Part shown: piece by piece, positions 10,379 to 18,130 of the stretch
Layout: every line of letters starts with the position of its first letter
Numbering within the stretch: the stretch's first letter is position 1
Assembly: GCA_965250285.1 (NCBI GenBank)
Contig: OZ252299.1
Coordinates: 96,001 to 160,000, forward strand
Reading direction: 5' to 3'
From: Myxococcota bacterium
GTDB taxonomy: Bacteria > Myxococcota_A > UBA9160 > UBA4427
Length of the DNA stretch: 64,000 nt
Notes under the pieces: model-generated
Database searches by the model: none
What the model was told of the DNA's origin: nothing
What the model saw: the letters and a program-made list of their open reading frames with translations, nothing else
Translations under genes and position numbers: made by a program

Positions 10379-10645
10379 ATGGAGCTTCTAAGGCCAGACG
10401 AGACGGTCTCGTACCTTGAGAAGGTGACCGGACGGCCCGGAATCGTCACATCTCGCACGCTCAAACGATGGCGGCGAGGTCGGCGAGGTCCGAGGCACGT
10501 CCAGCTCGAGGGGCGCATCTACTACAGGGAAGAAGACCTGAGGGTGTGGCTCTCACGCGCCGGAGTTTGGAACGACGCGCGTGATCCGCGCCCGTGGGTG
10601 AGAGGCTCGGCGGACGAGAGCCCGGTCAGGAGGTCGACATCTTGA
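10379..10645 (+). CDS. Excisionase/AlpA-like HTH protein
   Basis: TLKRWRRGRRGPRHVQLEGRIYYREEDL; GAGGGGG RBS. Confidence 0.75.
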   Translation: MELLRPDETVSYLEKVTGRPGIVTSRTLKRWRRGRRGPRHVQLEGRIYYREEDLRVWLSRAGVWNDARDPRPWVRGSADESPVRRSTS

Positions 10646-10875
10646 CCTCGAACTCGGAAGCGTCATCGTCGAACGATCGACAGCGCCTTCTCACCACCGA
10701 GGAAGCAGCGCGGTTTCTCGCTGTTTCGCGCCGGACACTCGAGAAGTGGCGCCTCACGGGACAAGGGCCGGCGTACCTGAAGCTTGGCCGAAGGTCTGTG
10801 CGGTACTCGCCCGGAGAGCTAGATCGGTTCCTTCGGGGGAGCGCTCGGTCTTCGACCTCAGAGGTGCCGGTATGA
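10642..10875 (+). CDS. Excisionase-type HTH (HTH_17-like) protein
   Basis: AGGAGG RBS, TTG start; LLTTEEAARFLAVSRRTLEKWRLTGQGPAYLKLGRRSVRY. Confidence 0.85.
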   Translation: MTSNSEASSSNDRQRLLTTEEAARFLAVSRRTLEKWRLTGQGPAYLKLGRRSVRYSPGELDRFLRGSARSSTSEVPV

Positions 10876-11156
10876 GCGCCCCCGAGCCCACCGATTCGGA
10901 GACCGGCCGAGAGTCGGTTCTCGAAGGCCGCGTGCGCGACGTTCTCAGTTCGTGCCCGGAGGCGCAGAAATCGCGGTTCCTGAAGCGAGCGGAGAGAGCG
11001 GTAGCGGGTTCCCGGTCTGCCGCGATTGAACTCAAATGCCTCGAATGCTGCTGCTGGTCGCTCTCAGAGGCGCGTTCCTGCCATATCGAGGAGTGTGCGC
11101 TCTGGTCGTATTCGCCGGCTGCTTCTGCCCGCAAACAGCTAGGGGTTCAGGGATGA
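10872..11156 (+). CDS. Small Cys-rich phage-type hypothetical protein
   Basis: ATGA coupling; AIELKCLECCCWS...SC...CALWSY. Confidence 0.65.
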   Translation: MSAPEPTDSETGRESVLEGRVRDVLSSCPEAQKSRFLKRAERAVAGSRSAAIELKCLECCCWSLSEARSCHIEECALWSYSPAASARKQLGVQG

Positions 11157-11638
11157 TCGTCGAAGACGATCGCCACCTTTCCCCGAAGGATGACCCCTAC
11201 TCGACGCTGGTTGAGCCCGGCGACAGCTACGTCGTCATGCCGCTCAGAATCGAGATCGGATCGAACTACCGTCGGCTCATCGCATTCGTTCGGTGCCAGA
11301 TCGTTGAACCTGCTGAGCACTCGGGTCTTCACATCTTTCGCTTCGTGAATCTGCCGGCTTGGTGGAAACCTCGTGCGAGGGGCCGAATCGGCAGGCGAAG
11401 CAATCTCTGGGCCGATTGCGTGTCGCTGTCTGGACGAAGGCCACCCGCAGGGTGGTTCGAACTCGAGCGACTCTACGCGGCCGACTCGATGTATCGCGCC
11501 AAGATCGTCACGGTCAGCGAAACCCAGGGCGAGGGTGGGCGTCGGGAGCCGATGCATGTGTGCGAACACTACTCGCGAATCGACCGATTCTTGGGGCAGG
11601 TAGCTGGATCTACCCCGCTAGGTGGCCGGGCTCTGTAA
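11153..11638 (+). CDS. Hypothetical protein
   Basis: ATGA coupling with the upstream gene in the island core operon. Confidence 0.55.
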   Translation: MIVEDDRHLSPKDDPYSTLVEPGDSYVVMPLRIEIGSNYRRLIAFVRCQIVEPAEHSGLHIFRFVNLPAWWKPRARGRIGRRSNLWADCVSLSGRRPPAGWFELERLYAADSMYRAKIVTVSETQGEGGRREPMHVCEHYSRIDRFLGQVAGSTPLGGRAL

Positions 11639-11696
11639 CCCAAACCCTAACCACAACCGCAACACTGACGGGAACCTCAACAGCAACAGGATACGG
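11637..11696 (+). repeat. Ten degenerate 6-bp periodic units, mostly AACNNN
   Basis: aaccca aaccct aaccac aaccgc aacact gacggg aacctc aacagc aacagg atacgg. Confidence 0.6.
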
Positions 11697-11987
11697 ATAG
11701 AACTGGCCAAGGAATACGGGCACTTAGAATCGGTCCATCCATCTCGACGCCGACCTCCGGAGACGTGTGAGACATGCAATGCGCGCTTCTGTGACTGGGC
11801 GATCTGCTTAGAACGTTTTCCACCGGGTCGCTTGCTCGACCCACTCACTCGGGAATCCAGCCAGGGGGGAGGCGGCCCTTGTTGGGGCCGTCCTCTCCTG
11901 ACTCGGATCTAGCCAGATCCCCGAGCCGCTGTGGGCCATGAAATCCAGGTTGGCCATGTGATTTCGATGAAATGGTGGAGCTGAAGG

Positions 11988-12602
11988 ATGGGAGGCATTG
12001 GGTCCGGGCGCTACGGAACACGGCCACTCGTCGAGAACACGCTCAAGCTCGACGTGCTCTTGCTCACACGCAACGGGATTAGGCTGGGCGATGGCAACGT
12101 GTCGTGGAACAGGGGAGGGGAGCTGCTCTCGTCGATCGCATACAGAGTCGGCCGAGTTGGGTCCGATCCGACTTTGACGCTTCGCTATCTCGCCGGGCCA
12201 GAGAAGCGACCTATGCGGCAGATGATTCACCTTCAGTCGACACGCCCTCATCTGGGCGGCGAAAGATGGTGGTTTACCTGTCCACTGGAGGGCCGTCGAT
12301 GCCGGATGCTCTACTTCGGAGATGTTGTTGGCTTCAGCGGATTCGCTGGCCGAAGAGCACTTGGCCTCGCGTACCGGTCGCAGTGTGAGCACGCGGGAGA
12401 TCGCGCACTTCGACGAGCGCAGAAGCATCTACTTCGCCTAGGCGGCGAGGGCTGTATCGCAGATGAGATCGAGGGTCTACCGAAGCCAAAGTGGATGCGA
12501 TGGAAGACGTTCCATCGGCGGATGCTGGCTGCTCAACTGGCCGACGCGGAGAGCTGGGCATGGGCGTTCGAGCGAGTAGGCTCGACGCCCCACGATCGAT
12601 AG
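11988..12602 (+). CDS. Conserved island hypothetical protein (MGGxGSGR type)
   Basis: MGGIGSGR...GGERWWFTCP...LAYRSQ...PKPKWMRWKTF pattern, recalled from tRNA-integrated elements. Confidence 0.7.
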   Translation: MGGIGSGRYGTRPLVENTLKLDVLLLTRNGIRLGDGNVSWNRGGELLSSIAYRVGRVGSDPTLTLRYLAGPEKRPMRQMIHLQSTRPHLGGERWWFTCPLEGRRCRMLYFGDVVGFSGFAGRRALGLAYRSQCEHAGDRALRRAQKHLLRLGGEGCIADEIEGLPKPKWMRWKTFHRRMLAAQLADAESWAWAFERVGSTPHDR

Positions 12603-12802
12603 CGGTCGTCAAGCCTGACTCCGCCCCAGCGACTCGATGCCCCCCCCAATGTGTCTCGGACGTGATATGAAGCATCAGTCTCATTCTCCGCTTCGCGCGA
12701 CCCCTTGCGATCGTCGCAAAGCGTCGAATCTACAGCTAGTTGCGAAGGCCGACGCTGATATCGCTAGGATCTTACTCGGCGAGAGCGGCGATGGGCGTCG
12801 CC

Positions 12803-12826
12803 GTCGAATACAAGTTAGGCGGCGGC
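12803..12826 (+). other. Array start: attI-like or secondary recombination site (GTTAGGC core at 12814)
   Basis: GAATACAA-GTTAGGCGGCGGC; complementary to GCCGCCGCCTAAC ending the first cassette; no attC left arm upstream. Confidence 0.65.
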
Positions 12827-12871
12827 TTCAGCCGGGAACGGCCAGGCTTGAGCCCAGCCGTCCCCAGACCT

Positions 12872-13117
12872 TCACTCATCTCTGAAGTAGTAGTTCCGCG
12901 GCTCGCCGTCGTACTGCCCGGTCCTCAGGCAGCACTTCTTGAAAACCGGCGTCCCGAGCCGCACGGACACAAGTCATTCCGCCCGAGCTTCTCCTCGAGC
13001 TCCTTGTTCCCGTGCACGACACGTCGGCCGCGCTTCACATGCGTCTCGCTGGGGTAGCCCTTCCGGCGCTTACTCGTTCTCTCGAAAGCGCGGGAGGTCG
13101 TCGTTCTTGGTTGCCAT
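12872..13117 (-). CDS. SEC-C motif mini-protein interrupted by two frame changes (recoded gene or pseudogene); antisense cassette
   Basis: AGGGAGGT RBS + [11 protein letters not shown]; +1 frame [10 protein letters not shown]...[14 protein letters not shown]; then -1 frame [22 protein letters not shown]. Confidence 0.7.
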
Positions 13118-13170
13118 GGGGCACCTCCCTTCTTGTGCGGGCCGTGGTGGCCCGGGCTTTGGGCGCGCAG

Positions 13171-13199
13171 GTTGTACCTCAGGTTGGGTGTGCAGTCCA
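13171..13199 (-). promoter_or_regulatory. Putative sigma70 promoter of the SEC-C cassette
   Basis: TGGACT-17 nt-TACAAC on the minus strand, followed by a CGGGCC/GGCCCG hairpin before the RBS. Confidence 0.4.
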
Positions 13200-13236
13200 C
13201 GCTGCGCAGGCCACCAGCAATTTCGGGCACGCCGCC

Positions 13237-13367
13237 GCCTAACAAGCCGTTGCAGCGGACTTGCTCCCGCTGAGACGATCTCGGGTCGTGGTAGACTGGC
13301 GAGCGTCCGAGGCGTTCAGCCACTGCGAGCAAGGCCGCCGCAAGCCGCTGAACGCCGACCGTTAGGC
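13237..13367 (+). repeat. attC site 1 (131 bp)
   Basis: GCCTAAC...GTTGCAGC...GCTGAAC...GTTAGGC; R and L boxes with extrahelical base. Confidence 0.93.
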
Positions 13368-13376
13368 GGCGGGCGC

Positions 13377-13757
13377 GTGCGCACACTCGCGGCATTGCAT
13401 CCGATCCTCCTCGCTGGGTGCCCGGCGACATACTGGGCTCAGATTCAGAACGAGTCCTCAAGCCGTCTCGTAGCCGTTCCGCCGTTCGAGTCCTCGTACG
13501 CGGTTGCGATCTCATCGGGCAGTTCTGCGCGGGTCTCCTGGTATCAGCCATGCCTAGTTCTTGTCGACGTCGACCGAGCCGAAACCAGTTTCTTTCAAAC
13601 GTTCCCGTTCCCCGACAACGTGGCGAGAACTCGCATGTTCTCGGTCAGACTCGAAGCAACGTACTCAGAGGGCCGTCTCTTCCTCGAGGCCGAAGACGGG
13701 TCCCGATTCGAGGTGCCCCGCGTCGCCGAGTGCTCAGCTGCCACTCCCGCCGCCTAA
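13377..13757 (+). CDS. Cassette ORF, putative lipoprotein
   Basis: GTG just after attC, LLAGC lipobox, TAA stop inside the next attC core. Confidence 0.7.
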   Translation: MRTLAALHPILLAGCPATYWAQIQNESSSRLVAVPPFESSYAVAISSGSSARVSWYQPCLVLVDVDRAETSFFQTFPFPDNVARTRMFSVRLEATYSEGRLFLEAEDGSRFEVPRVAECSAATPAA

Positions 13758-13882
13758 CAAGCCGTTGCAGCGGACTTGCTCCCGCTTAGGCGATATCGGG
13801 CCGTGGTAGAATCACGCTCGTCCGAGGCATTCAGCTGCTGCGAGCAAGGCCGCCGCAAGCCGCTGAACGCCGACCGTTAGGC
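13752..13882 (+). repeat. attC site 2 (131 bp)
   Basis: Same architecture as attC 1. Confidence 0.93.
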
Positions 13883-13896
13883 AGCGGGGCCCGGAG

Positions 13897-14139
13897 ATAG
13901 GACGCTACAAGTTCAAACTCGGGAACAAGCCCAGGCGCAAGCGCCGTCTCGATTCCGGACGGTCGCGTCTTCCCGGACCCGAGCGCCCGGCTGAACGCCC
14001 TGAAGTATCCGATAGGCGTCTGCTCTCGTTCTCCGACGCGAAGTGGCGCGTCCCCACATTCTCAGAGCTCCTGGCCTTCGCTGCAATCGCCAGCATTTTC
14101 GCTGTGATCGTCGCGTCGGTCTATTGGCCGGGGCCCTAG
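13897..14139 (+). pseudogene. Cassette ORF without canonical start (ATA); basic N-terminus and C-terminal TM helix
   Basis: ATA GGA CGC TAC... open to TAG 14139; ends LLAFAAIASIFAVIVASVYWPGP. Confidence 0.45.
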
Positions 14140-14225
14140 GTGGGGCTTCCTCTGCTTCGCTTCAGCGTTCATGAGTATCTCTGCCACTTGACTCAGGCTT
14201 GGCACTCGTGTCTGCATCCGCCGCT

Positions 14226-14356
14226 GCCTAACAAGCCGTTGCAGCGGACTTGCTAACGCCGAGGCGATCTCGGGTCGTGGTAGACTGCCGGGTGTCCGAG
14301 GCGTTCAGTCGCTGCGAGCAAGGCCGCCGCAAGCCGCTGAACGCCGACCGTTAGGC
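14226..14356 (+). repeat. attC site 3 (131 bp)
   Basis: Same architecture as attC 1. Confidence 0.93.
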
Positions 14357-14365
14357 AGCGCGACC

Positions 14366-14776
14366 GTGAGCCGGGCCGATGGACTCGTCCTGCATTCTCG
14401 ACAAATGAAGCACTCGCGCTGGCTTGCAAGGGGCTTCGCGACGCTTGCGATTCTCAATTCGATTCAGCGGGCGTGGCCTCAGGCCGCCCTGTTTACTGCG
14501 TGCGCCGTCGTGTTCTTCGCATCCACTCGATCAAACTTGAACTGGCTGCTCCTTTCAGACTCCATCGAGTTGCCGAGAGGTCCTTGGCGTCAACCGCGCT
14601 CGCTTGATCTAACGAAGCTGGCTTCGTGGCAATTCTTCCAGCCGACGAATGAGCTTACGCTGACCTTCCGAGATTCCTCCTCTAAGAAGCTGAGCCTTAG
14701 CATTCTAGAGCCAGACTCCCGCAACGATCTCGTTCGTGAACTCGAATCCCGCGCACCCGGTAGACACGTCACCTAG
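14366..14776 (+). CDS. Cassette ORF, small membrane-associated hypothetical protein
   Basis: Fills the space between attC 3 and attC 4; hydrophobic N-terminal half. Confidence 0.65.
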   Translation: MSRADGLVLHSRQMKHSRWLARGFATLAILNSIQRAWPQAALFTACAVVFFASTRSNLNWLLLSDSIELPRGPWRQPRSLDLTKLASWQFFQPTNELTLTFRDSSSKKLSLSILEPDSRNDLVRELESRAPGRHVT

Positions 14777-14787
14777 CGACGCGCGCT

Positions 14788-14918
14788 GCCTAACAAGCCG
14801 TTGCAGCGGACTTGCTAACGCTGAGGCGATATCGGGTCGTGGTAGAATCTCGGACGTCCGAGGCGTTCAGCAGCAGCGAGCAAGGCCGCCGCAAGCCGCT
14901 GAACGCCGACCGTTAGGC
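14788..14918 (+). repeat. attC site 4 (131 bp)
   Basis: Same architecture as attC 1. Confidence 0.93.
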
Positions 14919-14921
14919 GGC

Positions 14922-15389
14922 ATGGCGAATCCCCTGCTAACAACGCTTGCTGCTGTCGCCCTCGTATGCTGCTCGGGTACGGTGTCTCAGTCGAACATCG
15001 ACGGCGAGCCGACATCCCATTGCGAGCCAAAGCCACCGATAGAGTACGCTGCCTATGGCGTCGTCTTGAGCATCTCATCATCGAGTTGCATAGACGCCTC
15101 TGCACCGCTTCGTGATGGTGCCGGGTACGAATGGCTGTACGTCTACGATACGTATACCTTCCGGAATTCAGAGCTAGAGCTAGCGGCGCGCAGCTATGGC
15201 GAATCGTCCGAAGCTCACTTTCTCCGCCTTTCTGAGTCGGGCGAATCTCGATTCCTCACACACTCCGACTTCGACACTCCCATCGTTCTCGCGGCGGTCC
15301 AGTATCTATCCGAAGCGGGCAAATCCGAGCTCACGTGGCTCGACCCTCAGAATGACCTCAACGGCTATTCGCCAGTACCCTCTCGGTAG
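14922..15389 (+). CDS. Cassette ORF, putative secreted protein or lipoprotein
   Basis: MANPLLTTLAAVALVCCSG signal; fills the cassette. Confidence 0.7.
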   Translation: MANPLLTTLAAVALVCCSGTVSQSNIDGEPTSHCEPKPPIEYAAYGVVLSISSSSCIDASAPLRDGAGYEWLYVYDTYTFRNSELELAARSYGESSEAHFLRLSESGESRFLTHSDFDTPIVLAAVQYLSEAGKSELTWLDPQNDLNGYSPVPSR

Positions 15390-15402
15390 GCTGAGGCATT
15401 CC

Positions 15403-15533
15403 GCCTAACAAGCCGTTGCAGCGGACTTGCTAACGCTTGAGCCGATTTGGGTCGTGGTACCATGCCGGCTATCGATGGCGTCTCGGCGCGCTGTGCCAAA
15501 TCGGCGCAAGCCGCTGAACGCCGACCGTTAGGC
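15403..15533 (+). repeat. attC site 5 (131 bp, more divergent centre)
   Basis: Conserved ends GCCTAAC/GTTAGGC, variable centre. Confidence 0.92.
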
Positions 15534-15573
15534 AGCGGAGGTTCTGGCACCGTGACCATGGGAAGCATCGTCG

Positions 15574-16806
15574 GTGTATAGCTTGATCGTTTCTCACCAG
15601 TTCAGTGACTGGGAGGGCAGAGCCTTCCAGTTCAACAAGGGACGCTTCCTTGAGTACACGAGCGACGCGATAGCAGAGCAGTTGTGGCCCCTGTCGACCG
15701 AGGCCATCGAGTGCCTCAAGTCGTGGCCGTGCATTCTGATGGACGAGGGGCGAGCGGAGGAGCTCGTTCGCATCGCCCGCATATCGGAGCTTCAGGATCT
15801 TGGCGACGAGATTTGGCTAGCCGTCGATCTCGTTCCGACCAAAGTGCCCATACTCAACGACCACCTTTGGCGAGTCCGGGATGAGCTGGACGTACGGCAG
15901 TTCGAGTTCAGCCGGAACCACTGGGCAGTGAAGGAGCGGGACCTCTTCAGAGTCCTTCGGGCAGCCGGGCTCGATTGCGAGAGCTCCGCGAGCGGCGCCG
16001 TGGAGGAGAGGCCGCTTCCCGCACCTACCCGGGCCTCCTTGATCGCGGCACGAAACTCGATCTCCAACTGGACTCATACTGAAATCGACGATCTGCTGCT
16101 GGAAGCGGGCGTGGCGGGTCTATCTGCGGGGCGAGGGTTGGGCAGCCGCCGTGACCGCGCCAACGCGATCGTTCAGTTCGCGATCGCGAACCCGTCGGAA
16201 GTAACCGCAGAGAACTCTCTGTTCTCCGCCTACCTCGTGAGGCGATCTGTCGGAGCTGGCGATGGAGACGCGGAGGATGCCTCTTCGCCTCTGATTCACG
16301 AGGGCGCTTCCGTGCCTCAACCACAAACCGGCGACGGCTCCACCCCCCGATCCTCCAATCGGGTCTTCGTGGTACACGGGCAAGACGAGACTGCTCGCAC
16401 TGCGGTCGTCGCTTTCCTTGAAAGCCTAGGATTGGTTGGAGTCGTCCTCCATGAACAACCGAACATGGGTCGTCATCTTCTCACGAAGTTCATCGACGAA
16501 GCGGACCTAGCAACTTTCGCCGTAGTCCTTATGACAGACGACGACGTAGGAGGTCTCAAGGGTCAGGAGCTCGCGCCCCGGGCTCGCCAAAACGTGATCC
16601 TAGAGTTGGGCTACTTCCTTGCACACCTCGGTCAGGCAAGCGTATGCGCTCTTGTCGCGCCCGGCCTGGAAACGCCCTCGGATTTCGACGGCATCGTCTA
16701 CATCACCATGGACGATGATCAACGATGGCAAGAAGAGCTGAAGCGCGAACTCTTGGCTGCGAAGATGCCTGTTGTCGAAGCCCCGAATAGCGCATCCGCT
16801 GGCTAG
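15574..16806 (+). CDS. TIR-like (CAP12/Pycsar-type) domain protein with N-terminal accessory domains; candidate defence gene
   Basis: RVFVVHGQD...LHEQPN...FAVVLMTDDD...RARQNVILELGYF...PSDFDGIVY. Confidence 0.85.
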   Translation: MYSLIVSHQFSDWEGRAFQFNKGRFLEYTSDAIAEQLWPLSTEAIECLKSWPCILMDEGRAEELVRIARISELQDLGDEIWLAVDLVPTKVPILNDHLWRVRDELDVRQFEFSRNHWAVKERDLFRVLRAAGLDCESSASGAVEERPLPAPTRASLIAARNSISNWTHTEIDDLLLEAGVAGLSAGRGLGSRRDRANAIVQFAIANPSEVTAENSLFSAYLVRRSVGAGDGDAEDASSPLIHEGASVPQPQTGDGSTPRSSNRVFVVHGQDETARTAVVAFLESLGLVGVVLHEQPNMGRHLLTKFIDEADLATFAVVLMTDDDVGGLKGQELAPRARQNVILELGYFLAHLGQASVCALVAPGLETPSDFDGIVYITMDDDQRWQEELKRELLAAKMPVVEAPNSASAG

Positions 16807-16935
16807 TAGGGGCTTGCACTTGACAACGGACAGCTGGGCGTTCCTAGGTTCGGTAGCGTTCTGGCGACGGGACTTCTGTAGTTTGGTGCTGACGGTCAGC
16901 GCTGTATGTCGCAGCTGAAACCCGATCTTTTGGGC
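16801..16935 (+). repeat. Decayed attC site
   Basis: GGCTAGT...TTGCACTTGAC...GCAGCTGAAACCC...TTTGGGC; preceding TCCGCTGGCTAG is nearly complementary to the cassette start TTAGGCAGCGGA. Confidence 0.6.
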
Positions 16936-16974
16936 AGCACGCTGCCTGGTTGCCCTGCGCGTTCCAGTTGATCA

Positions 16975-17952
16975 ATGGCGCTTGACCACTACGTTTCTCA
17001 GGTTCATCTCCGCGGGTTTGTCGCATCGGACCTCGGCAATCGAATGTTTGCGACTAGCAAGAGCACGCTCAAGAGGTTCACGCCAACGCCCAAAGCCGTC
17101 TGCAGAATCGAAGAGGGAAGCACCAACGACTACTTGAGCGATCCGCGTGCTGTCGAGGACTTTCTGAAGCTCATCGAGCCGAAATACAACTCCGCGGTCG
17201 ACTCTCTCCTGGCCTCTGACATTCACGATGACGTGATCATGACGCTGGCCGGCTTCGCCGCGTACGTCTACGTATGCTCTCCCGCAGGTATGCGACTTGC
17301 CATGGGTCCGCTTCGCGCATCTGTGGAGGCGACCGCCGAGATTCTAGACCGGCAAGGCGAACTCCCGCCGATACCACAAGGGCTCGGTGCATCCTCGATC
17401 AGGGAGCTCTTTGAGATGCAGGCGCTCAAAGTTGACGTAGATCCGAAGTTTCCACAGGCAATGGGAATCTCGCAGATCGTTCAGCTGGCGGCTCAGCTCG
17501 GCAACTTCCCTTGGGAGATTCTTCGAAATGAAGAGCGAGGCAGCCCGTTCTTCACATCAGACTTTCCAGTCGCGCTACAGCAGAGTTCCGATCCTCGTAT
17601 CATGAACAGGATTGTTCCGCTCACGCCTAAGCTAGCGATTCGAATCCTCCCGAACTTTGAGTCCAGGACGGATGAGCCAGACCTCTCGTTCTCCGGCTTC
17701 AGGTACCGAGTCCGTACCCTGCGCCGCAGCGAAGTTCGAGTAGTCAACGAGCTGCTCGTTCGTGCTGCGGAAGACTTCGTGTTCTACTGCGAAGATCACG
17801 CCTGGACGCCGAGGTTCATCGAACGAAACCGACACTACCGAACTGAATCCGTGACCGAGAGGATCCCGACGCCCACGGGCGGCGAGCTTCAAGTCAGTGG
17901 CCAGCGAATCGCGCCGTTTCGGCGACCGCCCGCGGCTGTAGGATCAGCCTGA
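16975..17952 (+). CDS. DUF4238 domain protein
   Basis: DHYVSQVHLRGF, FFTSDFPV, IVPLTPKLAIRI. Confidence 0.78.
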   Translation: MALDHYVSQVHLRGFVASDLGNRMFATSKSTLKRFTPTPKAVCRIEEGSTNDYLSDPRAVEDFLKLIEPKYNSAVDSLLASDIHDDVIMTLAGFAAYVYVCSPAGMRLAMGPLRASVEATAEILDRQGELPPIPQGLGASSIRELFEMQALKVDVDPKFPQAMGISQIVQLAAQLGNFPWEILRNEERGSPFFTSDFPVALQQSSDPRIMNRIVPLTPKLAIRILPNFESRTDEPDLSFSGFRYRVRTLRRSEVRVVNELLVRAAEDFVFYCEDHAWTPRFIERNRHYRTESVTERIPTPTGGELQVSGQRIAPFRRPPAAVGSA

Positions 17953-17965
17953 GTGGTTGCCCGCG

Positions 17966-18087
17966 GTCTGGCAAGCCGTTGGATCGGGCCGCCCCCAGCT
18001 GCGGCGGTATCGGCGTTGGTACTTTTTTTGGCAACTAGCCGGGTGCATTCTGCGAAGCCGGTCAGCAGCTGGCCGATGTCGCTAGAC
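17966..18087 (+). repeat. Decayed attC-like site
   Basis: GTCTGGCAAGCCGTTGGATCGG...GCCGGTCAGCAGC...GCTAGAC. Confidence 0.5.
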
Positions 18088-18130
18088 GTCGACCGTTTGG
18101 CAGTTTGAAGCACGAGGAAACCAGTAGAGC

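Noticed and set aside
12872..13117. Functional link between Phe-codon frame breaks and integration at tRNA-Phe
   Set aside because: Integration leaves an intact tRNA and the cassette is independently mobile; coincidence is the simpler reading.
13237..15533. Repeat array read as CRISPR, REP or ncRNA array
   Set aside because: Repeats are 131 bp, spacers are 340-490 bp gene-sized units, ends match RYYYAAC/GTTRRRY, and no cas genes are present; attC explains it.
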